Below, in pieces: positions 1 to 10,299 of a stretch of 23,577 bases of DNA. The stretch's first letter is position 1. The number at the start of each line of letters is the position of its first letter. The position numbers were made by a program, and so were the translations under genes. The notes under the pieces were generated by a model. It worked only from the letters and a program-made list of their open reading frames with translations. It did no database searches and had not been told where the DNA came from. Source of the stretch: Raillietiella orientalis (Eukaryota); NCBI GenBank assembly GCA_036172245.1, contig JAYWIR010000017.1:3906001-3929577 (forward strand). Reading direction: 5' to 3'.

Positions 1-1044
1 ACCCATGTTTCCAGCGGGACCGGCGATGAGAGGAGGCGCGCGATTGCGGAATCGCTGAGAAGTTTCGACCTCGCGCTCCTGCAGCAGGTGCACAGGCTCC
101 CTGCGCAGGTGATGAGCGAGGTCGGGCGCTTCTCTGGGGAACCCCGGGGATGAAATCTGCGCGCACTTGCGGGGTCGCATTCCTCCCTGAGCCGCCGCTC
201 AAATGGCAAGTGAAGCAGTGGGTACGTTTCGACGAGGTCGGTCAGGACGGCCAGGTGGCACTCAAGTGGTCCGACTAGATCGACTACTGCGCTGGGGTGG
301 GCTGTTTGGAGTCCCACAGGAAGACCTCGAGTGGCTAACAGCGCTGAAAAACAGTCGGACCTTTCTGCTGATACACTGGGGTCTCTGTGCAACGCCCGCC
401 AGTCTCACTGGACCCGGGGACTGTAGACCCCAACTGTTATAGGCGCAGAGAACGGAAATCCCTCCCGCACCTCCCAAAGGACTGTGTTGCCCTCCGGCCC
501 CTTTCGGGATGCTTTGCCGCAACACTTGGAACGCCCGGCAGCAACCCCGAGACATGTATCCAAGAGCCTCTTCCTGCTCGAAGCCCTTACGCCGGCAGGC
601 CGCATCCCCAGCAGCGCTTGGCTGCTTACGCGAAGGGATCATGGCTGCATGGAACAATGTCAAAGGAGACCAGAACGACAGAGACGCCATCTATTCTGCT
701 GTCCTCTTCATGAGGATAGAGCGTCAAGATGACCCCATCTGGGAGTGTCGAAACAGGAACTTGCCAGCATGCTTACAAGGATGCAGAGGACGCCCTCCGG
801 CTTCCGGTCATCCTTTCTTGAACCCCCTTCCCCATTTTTTTGATTGTTTTTTTATTTTTATTTTTTTCTTCTTTTTTGTCCCTCTCCCCCTCTGTTGCCG
901 AGGCGAATCCCGCTGGCTTGAGTGCCAGTTCCCGGCAGGTTCCTCCTCGTAGTTATAACTAACGTGGCAGGATCAAACGTCCTACCACAGACATGGATGT
1001 TCGTTTTTTACAAATAAAAGCTCCGGCGTGACCGGGTGTCAACC
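1..1044 (+). mobile_element. Decayed 3' portion of an L1/Tx1-like non-LTR retrotransposon (ORF2 C-terminus with CCHC finger, T-rich 3'UTR, terminal hairpins)
   Basis: Frameshifted translation reads RWGGLFGVPQEDLEW..TFLLIHWGL.NARQSHWT..VDPNCYRR.ERKSLPHLPKDC, a decayed C-x2-C-x7-H-x4-C LINE finger. A T-rich tract follows at ~835-880, then AATAAA at 1013-1018 and CCGGCGTGACCGGGTGTCAACC at 1023-1044. Clearly homologous to 2920-3530, 4498-5200 and 9038-9730. Confidence 0.75.
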
Positions 1045-1047
1045 AGA

Positions 1048-1265
1048 GTTTTTTTCTATTGATTTTTATTTTATTTTTATTTTTGTTTGCCCCTCCGCTG
1101 CCGGCTGGGCTGTCCGGGGCTCGCCGGCCTGTTGAGTAACCGGTCTGGGTGCTGGTTACGCAACAGTTTCCGAACATTAACGGACAATGTAGGGCCGATG
1201 GTCCTACACATGTATGTTTATTATTTTTATAATAAAGACCCTTGCGTAACCGGGTGTTAAACCGG
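1048..1265 (+). mobile_element. Second, diverged LINE 3'UTR/terminus in tandem behind copy 1
   Basis: Same layout as copy 1: T-rich tract, GC-rich segment, hairpin tgtagggcc-gat-ggtcctaca (1188-1208), AATAAA (1231-1236), then cttgcgtaaccgggtgttaaacc. Confidence 0.6.
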
Positions 1266-1279
1266 ATCCACCCTGTCCT

Positions 1280-1930
1280 AGTAACTGTCTACGACTCTCG
1301 ACCTTGCCGTAACAGGGCGGCCTTTCCAGATGGCCTGGAGAGAGTGGTTGCACTCGGCGCACTCGAAGACAACTGACCTCGTAGCATGGGCCTTCGACGT
1401 CCGCCTGCAGCGTCCACTCTCAGATGAGGGAAGGCTTCCAGAGGAACCTGCAGGAAAAAGAACCCGGGTCTCCGACTCCATCACCCACGTGTTCCTTGAT
1501 GAATAGCTCTGTACGCAGGCCGGATAGCGAAGACAGTTGTACCCCGACCCTGTCGGATCACGCCACTATCCACCCGGAAGAAGGTTCCCGGAAACCTGCA
1601 TTGAAAGGATGTCTCATGGATGGATAGGCCGCCGGGAAGCACGGAAAGAGCTCGGAACCTCCGTGGGAAACCGTCTTATCCACATGCTGGGAAATCCGGA
1701 ATGGTTTCGAACATTCCATACTTCCGTTCGGCGTTCTTCCCATCTCCTTCCGGGCTTCACCGAAGGACAAGAGTGCGGTGGCGCCTCGCTCCGAGCCCGC
1801 ACCCCGGACGCGCGCAGCCCGATGTCGGGAGCTTCAAGGAATGCCCTTCATTAGCGGGAAGACGAACCTGACGATAAGGCGCAGCAGGGCTGCTGCTCAA
1901 CCTCGAAGACCAAATGTGCACCTTCCCACG
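1280..1930 (-). pseudogene. Highly degenerate LINE reverse transcriptase core
   Basis: Minus-strand motif-like segments occur in the expected order: AAPYRQVR (~KAYDRV), PNGSMECSKPFRISQHVDK..ELF (~NG.S.F.I..GVRQG..LF), KEHVGDGV (~YADD), SSESGRCRRTSK (~SG..N.SK). All are degenerate. Confidence 0.4.
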
Positions 1931-2029
1931 CTTGATTTCTTTCTTTTTTTTTTTTTTAAGAGGCCAGTAGCAACCTGGCAGAGAGATCGTCACTATGGTC
2001 CCAGGATGATGGAAATCCTTTTGAAGGTT

Positions 2030-2343
2030 CTTCTGTTTCTCTGCTTTCCTTCTGATCTTTTTTTCCGGATGTTCTTTTTTTTTTTGGCTCCCGAGGAGTG
2101 CCGAAGAACCGCCTACCTCCTCAGAGGAGCTCACGAAGCTCTTCGACACTGCTCACGCCACCCGAGGGTGCGCGCAACACTTCTTCAAGTTACAGGGGGA
2201 CCCTCTCCCCAATCCCTGGAAGGATCCTGGAGGTCATGTTCCAAATGCCAGTCACTCAACGAAGGCATCCCGGTGCCGCGTCCGAAGCCTGCAGGCCAAC
2301 CAGTGCCATCCTGCGGGGTAACTCGAAATCTACGACGCACCCA
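2030..2343 (-). mobile_element. Short copy of the composite element (T-arm-like head, antisense LINE ORF2 segment, A-rich tail)
   Basis: The reverse complement of 2270-2343 matches 8568-8638 and 8976-9039. Segment 2095-2240 matches 8690-8900, 10150-10250 and 11790-11880, with a shared CACCCTCGGGTGG core. The T-rich tract at 2047-2085 is the A-rich tail on the minus strand. Confidence 0.6.
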
Positions 2344-2349
2344 TTTGTC

Positions 2350-2830
2350 GGCGTCGATGCTTTCCTAGCTCACACTCCTTTGGAAGAGACCACCTCCACC
2401 TTCGGCTCTCCTTGAGCTGGAGACAAGATATCCTTCTGTTTCCCTCTTGGGGTCTCCAGAGCGACCGGCACAGGCGCCTGGTTCCCTGGGGAGTGCGTCT
2501 CCAGGCTGTTTGAGGTCGTTCCCGCGCCTCTTGTTGGACTGCGGCGCCCTCCGCGAACTTTGGCGGGGATCGGATTCGGCACTCCTCCTCACTGAGGACA
2601 CCGCCAAGGACTCGCTGCGGCGATCCCTCGCGAGGGGCGGAGTCGCGGCAAGCGCCGTCCTTGAGGCGACGCGTTGCATCTGAGCCATTGCCACAGCCCA
2701 CCATATGCAGGGGTCTCGGACTCAGCTAAGGGAGGGAAGGGCTGGGGATTCTTCCCAACCCCAGACTGCCCCCAGCAACCGACGTGCGTGTCGGTGACTT
2801 CTTTTCGGTCTCGTCGTCGTGGTCGTTGTA
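2350..2830 (-). pseudogene. Degenerate LINE RT N-terminal region
   Basis: Minus ORFs give GVGKNPQPFPPLAES..YGGLWQWL (~GKSPGPDG.PAEFY..FW) followed by GNDLKQPGDAL..DPKRETEGYL (~N.DYK..AKAL...P.Q.GF). The order is colinear with the neighbouring fragments. Confidence 0.35.
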
Positions 2831-2834
2831 ATTG

Positions 2835-2907
2835 TTGTTTCGGGAACAGCGTTCCCAACTTGTTGGTTGATTTTTATAAAATAAACCTCCTTGCGTCACC
2901 GGGTGGA
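2835..2907 (+). mobile_element. Isolated LINE 3' terminus fragment
   Basis: Hairpin gggaac-agc-gttccc (2842-2856), AATAAA (2880-2885), then ccttgcgtcaccgggtg, closely resembling the terminus at 1231-1257. Confidence 0.5.
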
Positions 2908-2919
2908 AGTCAAGGGCAA

Positions 2920-3530
2920 GCTGACTCCCAAAGCGGTGGTCGCGACACCACTGGTCACTGGGGTCTACGATCCCGGACTGCCGCAGGTGCGGGGAACGAG
3001 AATCATCCCTCCTGCACTTGCTCGTGGACTGGGTTGCCCTCTGGCCCTTGCGGGAACGTTTGGGGACGATCCTGGGGATTCCAGCTGGAAACCCTATGGA
3101 TGTTTTAAAACTCCTCTTCATGAAGGATGCCCTACCGCCGGCCGCAGCCTCAGCAGCTCCTTGCTGCATCTGCGGGATCGTGGCTGGAGGACCTCACGAA
3201 AGGAACGCCAACGACTATGCAGTCCTCTTTCCGCAAACAGCAGCCAGATGGTCCCACCTAGGTTCTATCAGGACGGATCTAGCCAGCAACCTGGAAAGAA
3301 TGCGGAGAACGCCTCCAGCATACAGGGATCCCTTCCTTGCCCTCCAGAGTGCTTTTCCATTTATTTTTTGGAGGTGTTTCACCCTCATCGTTTCCTAGGT
3401 GAGTTTCGTCGGTCTGCGTACCGGCAGTCCGGCAGGTCCTTTGTAGAATTGAAAGTGGTAGAACCACGCGCCCGTTCAAGCTTGACAGTTTATCGTTTAT
3501 TTCAATAATCTCCCCGGCGTGACCGGATGG
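2920..3530 (+). mobile_element. Diverged L1/Tx1-like 3' fragment (CCHC finger to terminus)
   Basis: Translation PDCRRCGERESSLLHLLVDW.ALWPL..LGTILGIPAGNPMDVLKLLFMKDAL is homologous to copy 1. The terminus AATAAT..CCGGCGTGACCGG lies at 3504-3526. Confidence 0.7.
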
Positions 3531-3559
3531 TGGCTGTCGTCCAGGGCATACCCTCAGGG

Positions 3560-4490
3560 ACTAAGCGTGAGTTCTTCGGGGCAAGCCTATCCCATTTCCT
3601 ACTGGTTTATGCGTTTGCTTTCCCTTCCTCCCAAGTTTCCGTCTTAGGGAGGGAGGCACCTTTAGCCGATGCATGTCGGTGAGGTGGATGCTCTGGCGAC
3701 TGTGGCTGGAAAGATGGTTCCTAGAATGCGTCTGTTCGTGCCACACGCAGAGAGCACATGGCATCGGAGTTTGCAGCAGGTTCTTGCGTGCCTGCCAGAC
3801 TATGAGACCCTGACAGCCACTGATATTTTATGCGTGCGATTGATGATGCAGAAGATGTACATCAAAACCCCGCATGTTTTCCGGGTCCAATCTTCTCGAA
3901 ACCCAATATTTCTTTCAGCTGCAGATGCAGCAGCATCTTCTGGCTTCACATCCCTCGAAAGGCTTCCTTCTAAACTGGGGAAGAAAGGAAATTCTTCGAT
4001 ACGCGGTACTTGGAGCCATCGATCCTGGCTCCACATCTGATGGGACACGTGGTCTGTGACCGGCAGGAGGCGATGCCAAACGTCGCCCTTCGGTTTCTCC
4101 CCTAGCGAAAAAATCACCTTTGACTCCTGTTTTGTGTATGCTGCTTTTCCATTTCGAGCTGACCACCTCAGATGACCGAAATCAGCCCAGGGTTGCAGTC
4201 GGAAAAATTTCCGCTGGCTTCTTCCAGAAAGGCCAATTCCCACGGTGGTAAGCTCCCAGACGATTTTGCAGCTTCCCCTGCCAAGATCTTCAGACTGATG
4301 ATGTACGAGGCACAGGGAAAGGGAGTCAACTCAAGATCTAGTGACAGTGAGACACCGTGACCTGCATGGCGGTCAGAAGCACCAGCTCTTGCTGACTGGT
4401 ATGAACGTCTTGGCAAGTCCTGTGGCGAAAACATTTCGAATCAGAAAACGTTATTGTCATTGCCGTCAGTTTCCAAAGCCGTTAAGGGAA
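3560..4490 (-). pseudogene. Degenerate LINE APE endonuclease C-terminal half and linker
   Basis: Minus strand reads AGHGVSLSLDL (~GDFN..L..LD), FFRLQP..LRW..G.A (~D.FR..P...TW), LPVTDHV at 4046-4066 (~SDH), then W.RKT..LMYIFCI (~W..K..R...I, typical of L1 ORF2 after the endonuclease). Confidence 0.4.
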
Positions 4491-4497
4491 ACGGGAG

Positions 4498-5860
4498 TGG
4501 ATTGACACCCGGCCACTCCGGGGTGTTTATTTGTTAAAAATAAACATAAAGGCCAGTGGCAAGATGCTGATCCTGCCACGTTACAGAATATACAAAAAAA
4601 AACAGCCGAGAACCAGCGCTCAGACCGGCGAGATTCGCCACGGCAGCACAGGTAAAACAAAAAGAAAAGTAAAACGAAGATACAAAAAATGGGGGTAGGG
4701 GGTTTGGTAAGGGATCACTGTGTGCTGGAGGGTGTCCTTTGCATCCTTGCCAGGATGCCGACGAGTTCCTGCTTCGCGATTCCTAGATGGGGCCATCTTG
4801 ACGCTGTCCTCAAAAAGAGGACTGCAAAATACGTGGCGTCCCTCTCGTTCTGGCTTCCTCTAGCGTTGCTCCATGCAGCCACGGTCCCGCTGCGTGGGCG
4901 GCAAAGTGCTGCTAGAGATGCAGCCGGCGTGAGGGCTTCGCGAAGGAAGAGGAACTCCCGAACGTCTTTGGAGCTGCCCTGAGGGATCCTCAGGGCAGCT
5001 CCAAAGACGGTGATGAGTTCCAACATGAAGAGGAAGGCAACACATTCCATGGACAGGTGAAAGAGGATTCTCTTTTCTCCGCACCTGCAGCAGTTCGGGT
5101 TCACTACCTCCCCCGAGTCCAATAACACTGGCGGGCATTGCATGGGAGGTCCCAGTGCATCAGCAGCAGAGCCAACTCCTGCCATTTCAAGGGGAAGGTG
5201 CGGATGTCCATGAACACGGGAGCCACGGCAGATCTTCCACCGGAAGTCCCAGTAGCTCGCCCCAGTGCAAGTCGTCGAGGGGGGACACTCGGAGTCTCAA
5301 CGTCAAAGTCTTCAACGGTGTTAGCTGGTCCGTCGTCCATTCGTCTAGTTTTTTTCTCCTACCGTAGGTTTCGGCATTGACCTCCCATTTTGCCGCGAGG
5401 TTGCTGCCCACCGTTGAAGGAGGGGTACGCTAGGATTCCATAGAGCATTCCCTGCAAGGTGTTGCCTGTTCGAGTTCGATCCGCAGAGGTGAGACAAACA
5501 GGCCTCGTACTTCCTCTGACCTGTTCGAGTCCTTTTCGCTGAGCGAAATTTCTCAAGGACTCCGCCGAAAAGCAGGAATTCTATTCGTGGCAACGAAACC
5601 GTTTCATTGGGAACCTCCTGCACGTGAAATAAGCAAGAATTACACGCAAGGTGTGTGTGGAGATGCTCCATGGAAGTGGACCTCGAACGGGTTGCGATTT
5701 TGCTTTGCTTGGGAGCTTTCTTCGACAGTGAAACGGTTCCGGAAGCCTTCAGCGGTCACGTGATCTGCATACGTGAAGCAGATATTCCAGGATGAATGAT
5801 GGCTCTGTTCCTGAGTGCAGGAGTTTTCCACTTTACCCAGGATTGCGGTCGCTTTCTCGC
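4498..5860 (-). mobile_element. L1/Tx1-like 3' fragment with the best-preserved CCHC finger
   Basis: ORF 4715-5185 contains NPNCCRCGEKRILFHLSMEC (C-x2-C-x7-H-x4-C). Upstream lie HWGELLGLPVEDLPW, LKWQELALLLMHWDLPCNARQCYWT and NALWNPSVPLLQRW (~PLW.N...W). A 10-bp hairpin sits at 4556-4579, AATAAA (minus) at 4526-4531 and the terminus at 4502-4525. The upstream limit is approximate. Confidence 0.75.
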
Positions 5861-6149
5861 TAAAAATGGTGTGATAGCAATTTATAGATGTCTAATTCCA
5901 AGGAATAAAAAATAACGAAGCCAATTAAAAACACTGGAGGAGAGAGGGGAAGAAAGCAAACGAATTAAAAGGCAAAAAGAGAATTTTGAATTGCATTTTG
6001 CTGTCATTTCCAACACTCAGTCAATGGCATTTCCTATTGGAACAATGGATTCAATTTTCGGGATTCTGATTGTTCGATATATCTAGAATATTCTACAATT
6101 CGATATTTATTTCTTCACTCCATATATATAAAGATGTGTATGAAATTTT

Positions 6150-6480
6150 TCTAATCTTCATTACACATACTGGTAAGGTTTATAGGGGATAAGACGCTTT
6201 CCCCAGTTACGGTGTAACCAGGTGGCATATCGGTGTTATAGTGTGCCCAGATGAGTTGGAAATAGGGTCTACTATTCCTCAGATAGGTCTCCTGATGGGT
6301 ACATGCTGATTCAATGATGGCGGGCATTGAACATTTGGAGTTAGTCTGCTGCAAATTTTGCATAAGGTGGTAACCTACGGAGACAGGTTCCTTTCTTCCC
6401 GAGAATCGTCCCGTCTTTCCCACAGAGGATGCTGAGACATTGAATCTGCTTTCCTAAAGATGCACAATAAGATCATGCAG
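6150..6480 (-). pseudogene. Degenerate LINE APE endonuclease N-terminus
   Basis: ORF 6151-6423 reads VSVGYHLMQNLQQTNSK..ACTHQETYL (6280-6303), resembling the N.RGL...K....DI..LQETH start of APE endonucleases. Confidence 0.4.
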
Positions 6481-6499
6481 CAGGTGTATTTGAGTGTGT

Positions 6500-8280
6500 G
6501 TCCCTGAATGCTCGTCTCATGGTCCATTCAGAGAGGTTGCGTCTCTGAGAAGCCGAAATTTGATCTGATTGCTCCCTGGGGGCGCCTTCCTTTCCCGACC
6601 TCCAGTCCTCAAGGGGTAGTTTTCGACTTGCTCAGAAACAGTCACCTGTTTCGCGGGTGGAACGTCTCTTCCGGTCGACGTCTCCGATCACAAAGATGCA
6701 CAGCAGAATCTGAAATCCATTCATTTCGGGATCACTGCCTGTCAGATTAAGGCGGTGCCCTTGCAGCCGTTTCTGCGCTCCGTGCCACCACTCAAAGAGC
6801 TCGGCTGCATTACTGATCCTTTTGTGAGAGAGGATGCCAACAATCTCAGCAGAGACTTCTTAGGTTGAAGGAAGACATCGTGGTGTGGCTTGGCGGCGCG
6901 AAAGAAATTCGTCGAGTGGGTTTCGATGCTGAGAATCTTCCCTATTTGCTTGGCCCATGTGCTTTAGTAATAGTGAGCGCTCTTGACTCCTCTGGAATCC
7001 TTTCCGCTTGTCTTTTCTGAAGAAGGCAGGCTCTTCAAACTGAAGTGGATCCATAGCACCCACTCTTGGCGATCGCTAAAATGGAGATCAAACAGATCTC
7101 TCCGAGTTACCGGGTTCGCACGGATCTGCAGACGGCGTTTCCGACCTCGGCGAATCAGGGAGGAGGACTTGATGTATGGATTCCTCAATCACGAGGATTG
7201 GTGGATCAGTGGACTTCTATAAGGAGTCGGTTCCTGCATCTCCTCTGGAAGGTGATTTCCTTTAGTGGGCTACTTGAAAAACCACTTGAAACCCTTCCTC
7301 CGGCTCCTTCCTTGACAGGAAGGAGCCGGAGGAAATTCTTGTGGAGGTACACAGAGATCCCGACGTGCAAATAGGTCGTGAGAGCTAAAAGTAGGGACGA
7401 AAGACGAATCGAACCATCTGGTGGCTGCTAGTTTCCTCCGAAGTTTCCTTCAGGTTAGCTGGCGCTCGCTGAGGTGGAAAAAGAACGGAGCCTCATCCAG
7501 TAAAGCGGATAATTCCAGACCTTGGGAACAAAGTGACCTCGACCTATTACCCAACTTGAAATGGGCAAGGAGTCCGGCCTGCTTGAAAGCTGAACTCGGA
7601 CTGTCGGATCCATGAGCGCCTAGTTGGCCTACTTTGATGAGCAGAACTCGAGTTATGGGATGAACCGAACATTGGGTTACGGCTCCCGATGCGGCGCCCG
7701 CCAGATCCCATGAAAGGTTTTGGTTGCTATGGACAGCAGGACGGTGAAGTTCGAATCTGCTAAGGAGTGTTGGCAGCCATTCACCTGCCGAAGCAACCGG
7801 TCCTGGAGATGGGTGGCGTTCAGGAGTCTGGTCTACACTCAACCGCCGGGACACAGCTACTCTTGGCTCCAATCTTCAAGATAGCGGTACCCAGAAAGGG
7901 ACCACCCTATGAATCTAGGAAGGACTCTGGAGAAAGAGTCCTTCCTAGCTTTGAAGGGAACCTCTTCCTCATTCTCTCCGGAGGGGTCCCACTCTCGAAG
8001 GGGACTGCTCCATTTTTTCTTGTCCGAAGGAAACCCAGAAAGGCTTTGCTACCAGGAATTCCTTCTCCGGAGGGGACCCGAATTTCTTCCGTCTTCTTCT
8101 CCTCTGAAAAGAGCCCCGAACGGACGCTTCTGGAATTTCTCAGAAGGGGCTCCCCAAAAAGAGCAGCACTCTCCTTTGCACCTTGGAGAGGCGTCATCGA
8201 TCCACCAGAGATTACAACTCGCAAACTGGTCGTTAATCCTCTTGTTCCGTTTTTCCTCCTGCCATCTTAAAGCTTCGAGC
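6500..8280 (+). pseudogene. Degenerate LINE ORF2 (RT core through post-RT region)
   Basis: Ordered motif-like segments: SIQRGCVS (6523-6546, ~RQGCPLS), CFAGGTSL (6647-6670, ~FADDT), FGITACQIK (~FG..SG..IN), GRLFKLKW (~GR..L.K), PTSANQGGGLDV (7141-7176, ~P..GGLG). Segment 7785-8210 is homologous (opposite strand) to 9900-10250 and 11520-11880. Confidence 0.5.
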
Positions 8281-8379
8281 ACGCGAGATTCTCAGATGTG
8301 TCCGGAAACGCTGAGTGGAGTCAGTTTCAAGATGGGATGGCGTCGACTACGTTGAGAAGAAGACGCTTTGCAATCGCTG

Positions 8380-8974
8380 GGGGGCCGTGCGGCTGCGGGC
8401 TTCTGCGTGGCACCAGGTTTTGCGGGTTCGAATCTCACCCGGGAGCGAGGGGGGGTATCAACTCCGAGAATGAGCCCATGTCGGAGGCCACATGGTTATG
8501 GTCTCAGCGCGTGGCACTAAGCGCCGTGGGTTCGAATACTCGACAAGAATCAATGCCGGAGAGATGTGGGTGCGCGTAGTGGGTTTGAGTTCCTCCCGCG
8601 AGATGACACTGGTTGGCCTGCATTCGGGTGCGGCATCGATAGAGGTTCAAACTGGATGCTCCCGATGAGGGCTGAAAATGAGAGTAGACCTCCAGGTCCT
8701 TCCAGGGATCAAGAAGTGGGAGTTCCCCTCCGGTTGTGCAAAGAAGCGGACTCCCCTTTCGAGCCCCTCCGTAGAGTAGGTGTCGTCAGTTCATCCCCAT
8801 CAGGTTACCCCATTATAACTTGAAGAGATAATACTCACCCTCGGGTGGTGTGGACAGCCTCATAGAGCTACGTGAGCCGCCAAGCGCGCGACGGTTCTTG
8901 AGAAACTTGGCGAACCGCCCCCAAAAAGGAAAAGCCGATAGGAAAAAAAAGAAAAGCAAAGCTGGAAGGAAAAC
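8380..8974 (+). mobile_element. Composite SINE-like element: tandem tRNA T-arm/B-box-like head, antisense LINE segment, A-rich tail
   Basis: GGGTTCGAAT occurs at 8424 and 8528 within ~104-bp-spaced related units, with a third degenerate unit at 8568-8638. The body is homologous to 11385-11490 and 2095-2240. The A-rich tail spans ~8922-8974. Confidence 0.55.
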
Positions 8975-9037
8975 AGCGTCGTGGGTTTCGAGTCCTTCCG
9001 CAGGATGGCACTAGTAGGCCTTTTCGGGTACGGCACT

Positions 9038-10262
9038 GGTTGACACCCGGTCACGCCGGAGCGTTTATTTATAAGGTGAACATCCATGTCTGTGGCAGGA
9101 CGTTTGATTCTGCCATGTTACTTATAACTACGAGGAGGAGCCTGCCGGGATCTGACATGCAGGCCAGCAGGGTTCGCCTCAGCAGCACAGGGGAAGGGGA
9201 GACAAACAAAGAGAAAAAAACAAAACAAAAAATGCAGTCAAAAAACGAAGGGAAGGGAGGAGGGGAGTTCGGGAAGGGATCACTGTGCTGAAGAACGTCC
9301 TCTGCATAATTGTAAGGATGCTGGCAAGTTCCTGTCTTATGGTTCCCAGATGAAGTCATCTTGACGCTACCCTCATGAAGAGGACGGCAAAATAGATGGC
9401 GTCCCTGTCGTCCTGATCTCCTCTGCAGCCACGATCCCGCCTTGTGGGCAGGCAAGCACTTCTAGGGATGCGGCCAGCCTGAGGGCGTCGTGCAGGAAGA
9501 GGCACCTTACAACGTCTCTGGTATTGCCGTCGGGAGTTCCAAGTGTCGTGGCAAAGCGTCCTGAAAAGGGTCGGAGTGCAACACAGTCCATTAGGAGGTG
9601 CGGGAGGCTTCCCAATCCACGCACCTTGCACAGTTTGGGTTCACACACACCCGTGTCCACAGATGCCGGTGGGCGTTGCACTGGAAGCCCCAGTGCAGCA
9701 GCATGAAAGACGAATGCTGCCACTTTAAGAGGAGGGTGCGGCACTGACGGAATACAGAAACCTCCGGATGCTCCGTCGACTGTCTCCAGGATTGCAAGTC
9801 GACCTTTCGAAGTCCTCCCAGGATCAAGGAGCAGTCCTCCTCATGCAAGGAGGGTCCCTCCTCGGTCGCGTACCACAGAGCTGATCGATGCTGCTCTCGG
9901 GAGGTTGCCTCTCCAGAGCATCGGAAGCTTCCTTCAGAGGACTTTAGAAACGTCCCTTCGGGGTTTTCTTCCCAGGAGGAAACCAGGAGCGATTCCCGGA
10001 GGAGAAATTTCAGAAGATACTTCTTTCCGAGAAGAAACGAGGAGTGGCAGTCCACTCCGAGGGTGCCTCTGGAGAGAAATTAGGAAGATGTTCCCTCCTA
10101 AGCTTAAGAGGAACGCGCTCCTTCCTCCTGAGTCTTCCTAGGTGGTCCATCCAGGGTTACCCCCTCAGTTGAAAGGTTGAAACACACCCTCGGGTGGCGT
10201 GAACAGTGTTGAAAGAGCTTTGTGCGCGCCTCCTAAGGCGGCTAACGGTTCATGGGTACTTA
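9038..10262 (-). mobile_element. L1/Tx1-like 3' fragment (~1.2 kb) embedded in a composite unit (head motif 8976-9039, A-rich tract 10271-10293)
   Basis: ORF 9591-10055 ends LKWQHSSFMLLHWGFQCNAHRHLWT..NPNCARC, continuing as SLPHLLMDC. The 3'UTR and terminus (9038-9115) are nearly identical to 964-1044. Confidence 0.75.
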
Positions 10263-10299
10263 GCAACCTCAAAAAAAGAAAGAAAGAAAAGGGAAGACG

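Noticed and set aside
1013..1044. LTR end (AATAAA...TGTCA) or Helitron 3' hairpin
   Set aside because: There is no primer-binding site, paired LTR or consistent CTRR end, and the upstream sequence encodes a LINE-type CCHC finger.
2270..2343. Head motif as an HDV-like or hammerhead ribozyme (common at LINE 5' ends)
   Set aside because: I found no CUGANGA core and could not build the HDV nested double pseudoknot by eye. The other strand fits a tRNA T-arm better. An Infernal or RNArobo search would settle it.
3960..4110. hAT transposase motif (WDTWSVTGRR) on the plus strand
   Set aside because: It is a single short resemblance next to a stop codon. The minus strand gives a more coherent series of APE motifs.
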